Under the pieces are notes generated by a model, which was given only the letters and a program-made list of their open reading frames with translations, was not told where the DNA came from and did not search any database. From Minisyncoccota bacterium (GTDB lineage: Bacteria > Patescibacteriota > Minisyncoccia > Phycocordibacterales > CAIZLB01), in assembly GCA_018062305.1 (NCBI GenBank), contig JAGOSK010000001.1, positions 19,005 through 83,004 of the forward strand: a DNA stretch of 64,000 bases, given 5' to 3'. Position numbers and translations under genes: made by a program. This document shows positions 1 to 9,391 of this stretch, in pieces; positions within the stretch are counted from its first letter, which is position 1; each line of letters starts with the position of its first letter.

Positions 1-848
1 GACCCATCAGAAAGTGGTCCACCAACAATCACATCATCAGGAATAATCAGTTTTGGATTTGAGACAATAGGAGTAAAGTCTATTTTCGCACCAGATGCAT
101 CGATACCACTTGAAACGAGAGACTTGCCGACATTGTATCCCTTGGCTTTTAGAATATCGTTAAGCAACGCACCGCCGAGCAAAATAGAATCAGCCTGTGC
201 AAATTTCTGGATGAGAGGAAGTTTTGTTTCAAACTTTGCACCGCCGAGAATAAATACAAATGGATGAGGTGCATTAAAGGCGACCTTGAGATGATCTAAT
301 TCGTTCATCAATTGAATCCCTGCATATCGAGCATTTGGGAATAGTGCAGGTAGACCAACCACTGAAGCATGCGCTCTATGTGATACAGCAAAAGCATCGT
401 TTACATACACTTCGGCATATGATGCGAGAAGTTTTGCAAACTCCGGGTCATTTGATTTTTCTCGCGAGTCGATGCGTAGATTTTCAAACAGAACGACATC
501 TCCATCTTTCATTTTAGCTATAATAATAGGCGTATTTTCTAATCGAAAATCTTCGACAAAGGCAACCAATCCACACTCCGCACTATATGTTTGGTTTATA
601 TATTCGCATACAGGACGAAGACCTGTGCCATCTTTACTCTCTATGTGTGAAATGAGAACGACTTTTGCACCGGCTGCACGCAAAAAAGAAATAGTCGGTA
701 AAGTTTTTCTCACTCGCAAATCATCCATAATCTTTCCTTCAAACACCTGTACATTAAAATCGCACCTTACAATTACTCTTTTTCCCTTCAACTCCGATGT
801 AGGTACACTTGTGATTGATTTGATTTCGCCAGTATTTTTTTCGTCCAT
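1..848 (-). CDS. pgk: Phosphoglycerate kinase, N-terminal ~280 aa; runs off the window edge
   Basis: Manual reverse-strand translation from the ATG at 848-846 gives MDEKNTGEIKSITS...VRCDFNV...YVNDAFAVSHRAHAS...ILGGAKFETKL, the PGK hallmark motifs. Not in the ORF track because there is no stop within the window. Confidence 0.85.
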   Translation of the reverse strand, partial: MDEKNTGEIKSITSVPTSELKGKRVIVRCDFNVQVFEGKIMDDLRVRKTLPTISFLRAAGAKVVLISHIESKDGTGLRPVCEYINQTYSAECGLVAFVEDFRLENTPIIIAKMKDGDVVLFENLRIDSREKSNDPEFAKLLASYAEVYVNDAFAVSHRAHASVVGLPALFPNARYAGIQLMNELDHLKVAFNAPHPFVFILGGAKFETKLPLIQKFAQADSILLGGALLNDILKAKGYNVGKSLVSSGIDASGAKIDFTPIVSNPKLIIPDDVIVGGPLSDG

Positions 849-852
849 ATAT

Positions 853-1785
853 TTATTTTCCTCGAATAGTTCGAGTGTTCTTACTTTCTTTAGCTTTTTT
901 TAATGTTTTCTTGAGCTCCTTTGTGTTATGTGTCTTCTCTGCTTTATCGATAGCATAGAAAATATCTTTGAAGGTTGAAGCTTCCCAACTAGCTCTGCCT
1001 ATAAGTAGGCCATCTACTTGCCCATTTATCAAAATATCCTCAGCGTTTTCGCTTGTAACAGATCCTCCGTACAATACCTTTGTCATAGAAGAAATAGTAT
1101 CGCCCCAAGTTTCTTTTAGAAACTTCTTTATATACACAACCATTTGATGTAAGTCATGTGAAGTAATAGCGATATTATTCTTATTTCCAATTGCCCATAC
1201 TGGTTCATAGGCAATAATAACCTTATGAAAATCTGATCTAGAAACGTGGACGAGGGCTTCTTTGAGCTGTGCCTTTATGATTTCGAGATATCCCGCATCA
1301 TCGTCTCTCTCTTTTTCACCTATACATACAATAACCTGAGCATGTGTTTTCAAGACTTGCTGAATCTTTTGAGCAATAGTCTGTCCTGTATCCCCGAGGG
1401 CTCTTCTCTCAGAATGCCCCACAATGATGTACTCAGCCCCACAACTCCCAAGCATTTTTGCTCCTACTTCACCGGTTTTTGATCCACCTTCTTCATATAC
1501 TGAGACATCTTGTGCCCCAACACTAACTAATCCTGCTTTTTTTGGCTTCTGCCCTGCAGTGAGAGAAAGCGCGCCCATCGCTCGTGCACCTGTAAGAAAT
1601 GATTTTCCAAAGGCAATCTCCGCGAGTGGAGCAATAAATGGAAATGGGGGACAAACAACAACATCCAAATCCTTATATGCAAAAGCAGCTTTTTTGATTT
1701 CTGAAAACTTTTTTCGTGCTTCCCCTAGCGTGCCGGGTGTCATCTTCCAATTTCCAACGAGCAACGGTTTTTTATTTTTCTTCAT
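853..1785 (-). CDS. tpiA: Triosephosphate isomerase with a lysine-rich C-terminal tail
   Basis: GNWKM, IAYEPVWAIG and YGGSV motifs. The likely start is the internal Met (MKKNKKPLLVGNWKM) at 1785, not the track start at 1827. It lies 4 nt upstream of pgk. Confidence 0.85.
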   Translation of the reverse strand: MKKNKKPLLVGNWKMTPGTLGEARKKFSEIKKAAFAYKDLDVVVCPPFPFIAPLAEIAFGKSFLTGARAMGALSLTAGQKPKKAGLVSVGAQDVSVYEEGGSKTGEVGAKMLGSCGAEYIIVGHSERRALGDTGQTIAQKIQQVLKTHAQVIVCIGEKERDDDAGYLEIIKAQLKEALVHVSRSDFHKVIIAYEPVWAIGNKNNIAITSHDLHQMVVYIKKFLKETWGDTISSMTKVLYGGSVTSENAEDILINGQVDGLLIGRASWEASTFKDIFYAIDKAEKTHNTKELKKTLKKAKESKNTRTIRGK

Positions 1786-1876
1786 ATGATTGAGTATATC
1801 AAAAATCACACAAACGCACCCATTCACAAACTGAAAAACATATTCTTAAAATCGTTGTTTTCAAACCTACGTCGGC

Positions 1877-3634
1877 CTACTGATATATTTCCTTCCAGGA
1901 ATCAGTTACCCATGAACCCGATGGTCCACTGTTAAATTCTATGTCAGCCAGTCCACTTTCATAGTTTAGTCTTGTAGCACCCACTAAAGACATCTTATAG
2001 GCTACTACCGCTTTGGCAGAAGCACTACCAGTGAATGCTACTTGGCCATTTGGTGCAAGCAAAACCACAGCTCCAGCAGCACCCCCAAGCGATACAGCTG
2101 ATGTACCCGAACACGAAGTTAAACCTCCACAACTACTTGTAGTTACTATCATCATATAGCTCCCAGCGGTACCACTTCCACTTACATTTGCAGCATTACC
2201 TATATTCACTGTTCCATCTACCACTATTACAACAGAATTTGCTCCAACAGAAGAATTCAAAACAAGATCGGTATCCCCTTGAACACTTAGGTTTCCAGTA
2301 ATATACAATGTCCCACTAATAGTCATACGGGCAGCATCAGTTATAGTTAGATTTCCATTGATTTTGAGAGCGCCTGTTGATGTCGCATCAATATTATCCA
2401 AAGTAATGTTTCCAGTATATACACCCCCTGCAGTAGCATCAGCTTTCCATTCGGCAATATTACTTTCTGAAAAAGGAAATGTTGTGGTTGTTGGTGTTGA
2501 AGATGATGTGTTACACACTTTATTGTTACCAGTACCACTTTGACATGAGAGAGTTCCTGAGACAGTTGAATTATTAACTGTATATGCTGTAGCGTTGCCA
2601 TTCACTACCATACCACTGATACTACTCACACCTCCTAGATAGAGCTGAAAAAAAGCATCATTGTTTGCAGAAGCTGCTGTCCAACTACTACCGTTACTAT
2701 ATCTTCCTGTTTTTACAGACCCAGCCGTATACGAGTTTGTGTTACTCACTCCCATGACATAGGTGTTTGTGGTTGAGTTTGAAGAAACATCTACCATAAG
2801 CCAGTATGTTGTACCAGGGACGAGGGCTACATTTGATGTAAAGTTTACAGGAACCCATCCATAAGAAGTTGTTACTTGAGTAGCACTGAGTGTACCTGAC
2901 ATAAGTGTTGTGTTTGTTGGATTTCCACCTGAAGTTGTTGTAATTCTCACAGTCGCATTCGCAGGTGTACCGGTCTTTTTTATATACAACATCACTCGCG
3001 CTACTGGTGTAGTAGTCGATACAGTAAAACTCTGAGCAAAATCTTGAGTTGCATTAGCATTACCAAATGTAGTGTTTACTGCTGGAACTCCAGAACCATT
3101 TGATTGATCTGTTGTCTGAACTGATGCGGTTGATGCAATAGCAGATCCAGTGATAGTAGAAACTCCTGAACCGCTGATATTACCATTTGAGATAACGTTT
3201 CCTGTGATTGTTGGACTTCCAGACATTGTTAGCCCACCATCACCGACTTGTAAACCATAGTTTATAGAAATACCCTCACCCTGACTGAATATACTTTTTG
3301 AAAGTCTTGTAAACGCCCCTGAAATACCCGTTGCAATGACTTGTTTTGCACCGCCGACGTCAGTAATCAAGGCGGTTGACGTTGCATCATTAAAAGATAG
3401 GACTAGCGTACTTGGCAATGTTCGCCCCTGATTTAATCTATATAAAGCCTCTTCATTAAGCACATCTGCTGAAATGTAGCCCTGCTTTGATTGAAGAAAA
3501 TCTGCTGCTGTTCGCACTTGTATAGCAACCGGAGTCGCTATACCTACGAGTACCGTAATTGAAATAGTCAAAAAGAGAAGCAGTGCACCAATTATGACTT
3601 GTCCGTTTTGAGAATTTTTTGATGGAGATTTCAT
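1877..3634 (-). CDS. Large N-terminally membrane-anchored Thr/Ser/Gly/Asn-rich surface protein at the end of the pilus operon; putative pilus-associated or tip protein
   Basis: 585 aa. One N-terminal hydrophobic helix (VIIGALLLFLTISITVLVGIA) is followed by a long low-complexity beta-rich region. The position directly after three pseudopilin genes suggests a pilus-associated role. Confidence 0.55.
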   Translation of the reverse strand: MKSPSKNSQNGQVIIGALLLFLTISITVLVGIATPVAIQVRTAADFLQSKQGYISADVLNEEALYRLNQGRTLPSTLVLSFNDATSTALITDVGGAKQVIATGISGAFTRLSKSIFSQGEGISINYGLQVGDGGLTMSGSPTITGNVISNGNISGSGVSTITGSAIASTASVQTTDQSNGSGVPAVNTTFGNANATQDFAQSFTVSTTTPVARVMLYIKKTGTPANATVRITTTSGGNPTNTTLMSGTLSATQVTTSYGWVPVNFTSNVALVPGTTYWLMVDVSSNSTTNTYVMGVSNTNSYTAGSVKTGRYSNGSSWTAASANNDAFFQLYLGGVSSISGMVVNGNATAYTVNNSTVSGTLSCQSGTGNNKVCNTSSSTPTTTTFPFSESNIAEWKADATAGGVYTGNITLDNIDATSTGALKINGNLTITDAARMTISGTLYITGNLSVQGDTDLVLNSSVGANSVVIVVDGTVNIGNAANVSGSGTAGSYMMIVTTSSCGGLTSCSGTSAVSLGGAAGAVVLLAPNGQVAFTGSASAKAVVAYKMSLVGATRLNYESGLADIEFNSGPSGSWVTDSWKEIYQ

Positions 3635-3688
3635 ATGTATAATTTTTTATGTTTTAAAATCGAAACGGCACTAAAACTACTATTATTG

Positions 3689-4276
3689 CTATGGTCGGAA
3701 ATCATATGATCCGCGTAAAATCGCTGAACCATAAAAGTTTCGTGATGTGATCGCATGTGAACTTGATCCACTAGTGAGTGTAAAATCAACTTTGAGTAGC
3801 ACAGAACTTGTGGCAAATTGCACATTATATAAAGGGTATCTGCTGAAGACCATTGACTCGACTACAACATCAGAATCAGTCAACGGCGAAGTATCCCCAT
3901 CTTCTGTAACCATTGCTCTGCCATTTACCAATGCAAACGTAATGTACGGCGAAGTTGAACTTCCCGCTTCGAGCGTCACACTTCCTGCTGGGACATCAAA
4001 TGATCCAGCGTTGATACCAGGAGATCTTCTTGCTTCACGCATAATTCTATCCATCAAAGTTATGGCTGATCGTTCTATCTTACGAGCACTACTTACAGTT
4101 CTATATGCGTCTGTCAAAATAAGCATTGAGTTTACTATTCCTACAAGTAAAAAAGCGCAGAGGCCGACATATACAAGTAACTCGACCAAAGTAAAACCTT
4201 TCGTGTGAATATTCACGGAACCCCTCACTCGAATATTTTTTTGTTTACTGTTTGTTAATGAATTTTTCATATACAT
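3689..4276 (-). CDS. Type IV pilin-like protein (minor pilin/pseudopilin)
   Basis: Class III signal peptide ...HTKG|FTLVELLVYVGL with Glu at +5 and a hydrophobic N-terminal helix. Confidence 0.7.
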   Translation of the reverse strand: MYMKNSLTNSKQKNIRVRGSVNIHTKGFTLVELLVYVGLCAFLLVGIVNSMLILTDAYRTVSSARKIERSAITLMDRIMREARRSPGINAGSFDVPAGSVTLEAGSSTSPYITFALVNGRAMVTEDGDTSPLTDSDVVVESMVFSRYPLYNVQFATSSVLLKVDFTLTSGSSSHAITSRNFYGSAILRGSYDFRP

Positions 4277-4306
4277 TTTATTTGTGTGTGCGTCTTATGC
4301 TAGGTC

Positions 4307-4825
4307 TTACCTATTATACGTATTATACAAATACATGATTATTGATTTTGAAGTTGTAGCTACTCCGTCGTACCAACTTACTGTCACCGTCGCTTTTCTA
4401 GTACCCGTATCAAGAGTTCCACCAGTATTCACAATATCGTAACTCGTCGCATCTCTATTTACCGCTGACAATACAAACGTCCTATCAAACTGATCATCAA
4501 TAAGGTCACGAGTCGTCGTAGCTTTCCACCCATAGTTTGCAACACTATAGTCCCAGTACAATGTATAGGTAGTTCCGTTCACGAGCGGGTTAATATTTGA
4601 AGCCCAGCTAACATCTCTCATAAAACGTAACGCCTCGGCGCCTTCATCAAGCAACATCCCAGCTTGAACTTTTGCAGTGTTTCGTATAGCCATAGAAGTA
4701 AGCCCACTATACACGCCCATGATAGCAACGACTGAAGTCATAATGATGGCAGACGCAATCAAAACCTCCACAATACTCACTCCCCGATTTTTGATATCTT
4801 TATTCATAGTTGAAAAGATTTTCAC
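4307..4825 (-). CDS. Type IV pilin-like protein (minor pilin/pseudopilin)
   Basis: MNKDIKNRG|VSIVEVLIASAIIM prepilin motif with Glu at +5. The likely start is the internal Met at about 4807. Confidence 0.7.
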   Translation of the reverse strand: MKIFSTMNKDIKNRGVSIVEVLIASAIIMTSVVAIMGVYSGLTSMAIRNTAKVQAGMLLDEGAEALRFMRDVSWASNINPLVNGTTYTLYWDYSVANYGWKATTTRDLIDDQFDRTFVLSAVNRDATSYDIVNTGGTLDTGTRKATVTVSWYDGVATTSKSIIMYLYNTYNR

Positions 4826-4845
4826 AGATGTAATTGTACACCGAA

Positions 4846-5331
4846 CTACTGTGTTTCAACTAGACCAGTTTTGTACAAGATGACTGTAGTAGATGCATTT
4901 GTATTTGTTTTTAATCTAAATTTAATCGTACCTGTTGCATTCGATTTGCCTGTAATCTTTTCGAATGAAACACTTTGGCTATTTCCCGTAAGATTGATGG
5001 ATGAAATTTCTACTTTAGGTGAAAAAGTAAACGTAGTATTTGTTGGCGAACTCGTACTGTATGTTGCCCCTTGGTATAGCACCACTGATGAGGAAGCGAA
5101 CCTAACACTAAACTGTGCGTTTTCCTTTGCATTTACCGTTTGCAGACGTGCTTTCTCGACGAGAGCAATGGCGTAGTTTACATCCTTTTCTAATGACTGA
5201 TTTTCTGAAACACTAAAAAATGTAGTCAATGAGATCGCCCCTAAAATCATAGCAATACTTATAACAATGATGAGTTCTAGGAGGCTAAAACCTTTGCATT
5301 GAATAAATCTGTCGGAGTTAGATACGTTCAT
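4846..5331 (-). CDS. Type IV pilin-like protein (GspH/FimT-like pseudopilin)
   Basis: Leader ...QCKG|FSLLELIIVISIAMILGAI, the canonical prepilin peptidase site and N-terminal helix. Confidence 0.75.
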   Translation of the reverse strand: MNVSNSDRFIQCKGFSLLELIIVISIAMILGAISLTTFFSVSENQSLEKDVNYAIALVEKARLQTVNAKENAQFSVRFASSSVVLYQGATYSTSSPTNTTFTFSPKVEISSINLTGNSQSVSFEKITGKSNATGTIKFRLKTNTNASTTVILYKTGLVETQ

Positions 5332-5343
5332 AATGTGCCAATA

Positions 5344-6555
5344 TTATACATTATTCATAATCGAATAAATCGGCTTGATCATCGAAATAGCAAAGAAACC
5401 TACAGATGCACCAATAAATACCATGAGCACAGGCTCAATAATAGTCGAGAGGTCTTTTGTCTTTTGTTCGACTTCATTTTCATAAAATGTTGCAACTCCA
5501 GCAAGCATTGGTGCCATTCGTCCAGTTTCTTCCCCTACACTCATCATTTCACCTACAAACAGCGGAAAGAGTTTTTCTTCTTTAACAAAAACTGTTGATA
5601 GTGGTTCTCCTTTTTCTATAATTGACTGACTGTGTTGCATTACCTCTTTATAGTATGAATTTTGAAGCACATCACTTGTTATTTTCACAGCGAGCAAGAG
5701 GTCTACACCAGATGTAAGTAGTGATGAAAGGGTTCGAGCCATTTGTGCAGAGTTACCTTCTTTTACGATAGTGCCGATTACAGGCAGATGCAGTGATATA
5801 AAATCAAATATTCGTGAGCCAATCTTTGTTTTGCCAGCCATAAGTAGACCTATAACAGTAGCAACAAATCCCCCGAGTGTAATAATATAATGTGCAGAAA
5901 CAAAATCACTTATAGCAATAATGACTTTAGTAGAGGTTGGTAGAGGCACTTTCAATTCTTTAAATGTATTAGTTAGACCTGGCACCACATAAATCATCAT
6001 CAAAATTGCTATCGTAATCATCACAAATATAATAATGGATGGATACATCATGGCACCCTTAATCTTTTTAGTGAGCATGTAGCTTTTTTCCATCTGAGTT
6101 CCAACCTGTCGCAGTGTCTCTGCCAAGTTTCCACCCTCTTCCCCTACTTTTACCATTGCCACAAATAGGGGTGGAAATATTTTGGGATACAGCATGAGTG
6201 CTTCGTGAAAGCTTTTTCCTGATGAAATTGCATCATTCAAACCTTTGTATGCACTTTTTAGTTTGATTCCCTTCGTCTGTCTTTCCATTACACTAATAGC
6301 TCGAGAAAGCGACAGTCCAGCTTCAAGCATATTTCCCAAGTTTCGGGCAAAAATAATCTTGTCCATTATCTTTATACGTTCTAAAAATGTGATATTTGTA
6401 TTGATGCTCAATTTCCTTCCACTCTGTTCTTTTACGGTTACAAGCGTGTCCCCTGTTTTTTTAAATTCATTATAAAAATCAGCCTTGTTTTGTGACTCAA
6501 GGTTTCCTGTATATTTTTGTCCATCTTTATTTATAGCTGTGTATGAAAATTTCAT
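5344..6555 (-). CDS. pilC: Type IV pilus assembly platform protein PilC/GspF
   Basis: 403 aa polytopic protein with the duplicated GspF domains typical of PilC. Confidence 0.9.
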   Translation of the reverse strand: MKFSYTAINKDGQKYTGNLESQNKADFYNEFKKTGDTLVTVKEQSGRKLSINTNITFLERIKIMDKIIFARNLGNMLEAGLSLSRAISVMERQTKGIKLKSAYKGLNDAISSGKSFHEALMLYPKIFPPLFVAMVKVGEEGGNLAETLRQVGTQMEKSYMLTKKIKGAMMYPSIIIFVMITIAILMMIYVVPGLTNTFKELKVPLPTSTKVIIAISDFVSAHYIITLGGFVATVIGLLMAGKTKIGSRIFDFISLHLPVIGTIVKEGNSAQMARTLSSLLTSGVDLLLAVKITSDVLQNSYYKEVMQHSQSIIEKGEPLSTVFVKEEKLFPLFVGEMMSVGEETGRMAPMLAGVATFYENEVEQKTKDLSTIIEPVLMVFIGASVGFFAISMIKPIYSIMNNV

Positions 6556-6665
6556 ATTTTTTTGATGGCGATCTTATGCGTCGAAAGTTTCGAAAAATTT
6601 CAGCGTGTGTATCATGTATCTAAAGTGTATACTTTGGATACATGATACACAGCGTTTCCAGCTTC

Positions 6666-8441
6666 CTATTCCGAAACTACTCGCAGGATTTCCTCAACAC
6701 TAGTCAAACCTTGTACCGCTTTAAAAATCCCATCTTCGATCATGGTCATCATCCCCTCTTTTCGAGCTTGTATTTCTATAGCATCACTCGTGGCATCTTT
6801 CATAACCAAATCTTTGATAGTCGGCGAAAACCGGAGCACTTCGTGAATACCAACTCGTCCATGATATCCATCGTCTGTTTCAGAAGTTTCCTTTGGCTTA
6901 TAAAAAGGGATCTTTGACCAATCATCTTTTGGGCCGACTATTTTTTCTTCTTTGAGAATTCGAAGTACATTTTCCATATCTATTTTTTTGGAAATAGAAG
7001 CAAGCTCCTCTTTAGTGAGAATATATTTTTCTTTTGATTCGGCCAGTCTTCGCACAAGTCTTTGAGCGATAATAATTTTCAACGTCGAAACAAGAAGGAA
7101 CGGCTCACATTTCATATCAATAAGTCGTGGAATAGCGCCCGCTGCTGAATTGGTGTGTAGTGTTGAAAATACCAAGTGACCAGTAAGTGCGGCATTGATA
7201 CCGAGTGACGCTGTCTCATTATCTCGGATTTCTCCCACCATAATGATGTCTGGGTCTTGTCGAAGAAGCGAACGAAGACCAGAAGCAAACGTTAGCCCAA
7301 TTTCAGATTTAATCTGAGTTTGATTTACGCGCTTCATTTGATATTCCACAGGATCTTCTACGGTTGAAATATTCACATCGGGCTGATTCACAATGTCCAA
7401 AAGTGTATACAAAGTCGTCGTCTTTCCAGAACCAGTAGGCCCTGTTGTGAGCACGAGGCCCTCTGACATTTTTGTAGCTTCGTGCAGTATTTCGAGGTCG
7501 CGTCCGTGAAAACCAAGTTTTTCCAAAGTAAATCCAGAAACCGTTTCCCGCAAGAGTCGCATCACAATCTTTTCACCAAAGTACGTTGGCAAAATAGAAA
7601 CACGAAATGAAATCTTTTCACCATTGAGTTCAATACGAAATCGTCCGTCTTGTGGCAGACGTTTTTCATCAAGTTTCAAGTTAGACAACACTTTGAGACG
7701 CGCGATGATACTTGCGCCAGCAGATTTTGGAAGGATCATGGCATCGTGCAACATACCGTCGATTCGATATCGTACTATCACTTCAAACTCTGTTTGCTCA
7801 ATATGAATATCAGAAGCATCTTGAATCGCAGCATGTTTCAAAAGTGTGTCGACAATACGCACCACCGGTAGATCTTCAGCAAGTTTTTTGAGATCGTCAC
7901 CTGACACTTCCCCATTCTCACCATTCTCTGTTGTTACTTTGAGTGATGCAGCTTCTTGCTGAATAATATCTCCAAAATCTGCTTGCAAACTTTTTTGATA
8001 TTGAATAAGCGCAGACTTCATCGACTCAGTATTTGTAAGTCGTGGAAGAATTTTGAAACCAGTTTTCTTTTTTATAAAATCAATAGCACCGAGATCATCA
8101 GTATCGAGCATCGCCACTTCGAGTGATGCCTCTTCCCCTTGATTATTTCCCATCACTTTATTGAACGCAATAATATTATGATTTCGAGCAATAGGTTCTG
8201 GAATAAGTGAAAGAACTGCAAACTCAAGTTTTTGTTTTTTGAGATCCACGAAGGGAATACCAAGTATGTGAGCCTGCATTCTTCGGAAATCATCTTCTGA
8301 AATCTTACCTTCCGAAACCAACACATCACCAATATCTTTTTTAGTTTTCTCTGCTTCTTTTTCAGCTGACTGAAGATCAGCAAGAGAAAGGAGCTTGGCA
8401 TCAAGAATATATTTTTTTAATTGGTCCGGTGCAATGTACAT
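6666..8441 (-). CDS. pilB: Type IV pilus assembly ATPase PilB/GspE
   Basis: Walker A TGPTGSGKTTTLY, Asp box, Walker B DPDIIMVGEIRD and the His box STLHTNSAAG. An N-terminal GspE_N-like domain is present. Confidence 0.9.
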   Translation of the reverse strand: MYIAPDQLKKYILDAKLLSLADLQSAEKEAEKTKKDIGDVLVSEGKISEDDFRRMQAHILGIPFVDLKKQKLEFAVLSLIPEPIARNHNIIAFNKVMGNNQGEEASLEVAMLDTDDLGAIDFIKKKTGFKILPRLTNTESMKSALIQYQKSLQADFGDIIQQEAASLKVTTENGENGEVSGDDLKKLAEDLPVVRIVDTLLKHAAIQDASDIHIEQTEFEVIVRYRIDGMLHDAMILPKSAGASIIARLKVLSNLKLDEKRLPQDGRFRIELNGEKISFRVSILPTYFGEKIVMRLLRETVSGFTLEKLGFHGRDLEILHEATKMSEGLVLTTGPTGSGKTTTLYTLLDIVNQPDVNISTVEDPVEYQMKRVNQTQIKSEIGLTFASGLRSLLRQDPDIIMVGEIRDNETASLGINAALTGHLVFSTLHTNSAAGAIPRLIDMKCEPFLLVSTLKIIIAQRLVRRLAESKEKYILTKEELASISKKIDMENVLRILKEEKIVGPKDDWSKIPFYKPKETSETDDGYHGRVGIHEVLRFSPTIKDLVMKDATSDAIEIQARKEGMMTMIEDGIFKAVQGLTSVEEILRVVSE

Positions 8442-8578
8442 AGATATGTAAAAACATGTAGTGCGCGTTTGTGCATGCGCAATATTTTGTACGTAAATTA
8501 TATCATGTATTTATTTAAAAAATATATTTTATACATCGAGAATTGTGCACAGAAAAATATATTAAAGGTAAATATGTT

Positions 8579-8594
8579 TTGCAATGCATTGCAA
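8579..8594. promoter_or_regulatory. Perfect 16-bp palindrome TTGCAATGCATTGCAA in the pilus operon upstream region; candidate operator
   Basis: Read directly. It lies in the AT-rich region upstream of pilB. The TGTGCACA palindrome is nearby. Confidence 0.3.
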
Positions 8595-8628
8595 TATAAA
8601 AACCGGCGACCCAACAAGGGGCCACCGG
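8592..8628 (-). terminator. Intrinsic terminator after the small membrane protein gene
   Basis: The minus-strand RNA folds as CCGGUGGCCC/GGGUCGCCGG (10 bp with two G-U pairs) followed by UUUUUUAUAUU. Confidence 0.5.
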
Positions 8629-8664
8629 TGTGTTTTTGAGATTGAAGTGAAGCAGCCAATCGGG

Positions 8665-9051
8665 TTAATTTGAAGACCCAATAAGAATGTTCCATCGCCA
8701 CTCTCGAAAAACCTCTTTTCTCAACCTGCGTACCTTTACTGTCAGCCGTTTGGTGACAGTTTCAGCACGAACAGATTGAACAAAGAGAACAAAAAGCATG
8801 AAGTACTTTCTTGCGACGTATTTGATGTCAGGTGTGAGCCTAACCAAAATCACCAGAGCAGGAAGACTGAAAGCCAAGGTTCCAGCTCCAGTATGGAGCC
8901 CGCCGAGACACAAGCTGATTGTCCAGAAGACAATCGTCATGATTAATACCACGACTGCCAACCACCAGAGGTAGTCGGCTTTCTTGAAGTTTGGGAGAGT
9001 AGATCCTCCCACATGCACCAGTTGTGCACGTGTATTTTTTTTAGATGTCAT
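8665..9051 (-). CDS. Small hypothetical membrane protein (two predicted TM helices) in a GC-rich islet
   Basis: 128-aa ORF with two hydrophobic helices and its own downstream terminator. Local GC is about 47% against about 38% around it. Confidence 0.45.
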   Translation of the reverse strand: MTSKKNTRAQLVHVGGSTLPNFKKADYLWWLAVVVLIMTIVFWTISLCLGGLHTGAGTLAFSLPALVILVRLTPDIKYVARKYFMLFVLFVQSVRAETVTKRLTVKVRRLRKEVFREWRWNILIGSSN

Positions 9052-9225
9052 AGGACGTATAGGTTTCTGAGTTGTTGGTTGCCTGAATATAGGAGAAAGG
9101 ATTGATGTTTTTTGATCACCCTTTTAACCCCTAACTACGACAGTTTACAACATATATAGTATATGTCAATGGTTTGCCTAGGGAATTCCATTACAAGACC
9201 TCTATTCGGGTCAGAAGTCAATGAG

Positions 9226-9253
9226 TTGCCAATACCCTATATATATGTATAAT
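9226..9253 (+). promoter_or_regulatory. Sigma70-like promoter (TTGCCA-16-TATAAT) for the nusA leader
   Basis: Hexamers read directly. The leader carries a short GC hairpin plus a T-run at about 9270-9300 before nusA. Confidence 0.3.
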
Positions 9254-9391
9254 ATGACCATCTGAAACAGCGCGCCCACAAGGCGGGCTTGTTTTATTGA
9301 TAAGATGCACATTTTTGACTCAAATTACGGTATAAAAACCTTAATTTAAGCCATTTTGTGCTAAATCTAACAATTTAATACAAAAATCAAT

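Noticed and set aside
335-903. Plus-strand ORFs 335..517 and 472..903 from the six-frame track
   Set aside because: They lie antisense to the well-supported pgk gene, found by manual translation of the minus strand. The track missed pgk only because it runs off the window edge.
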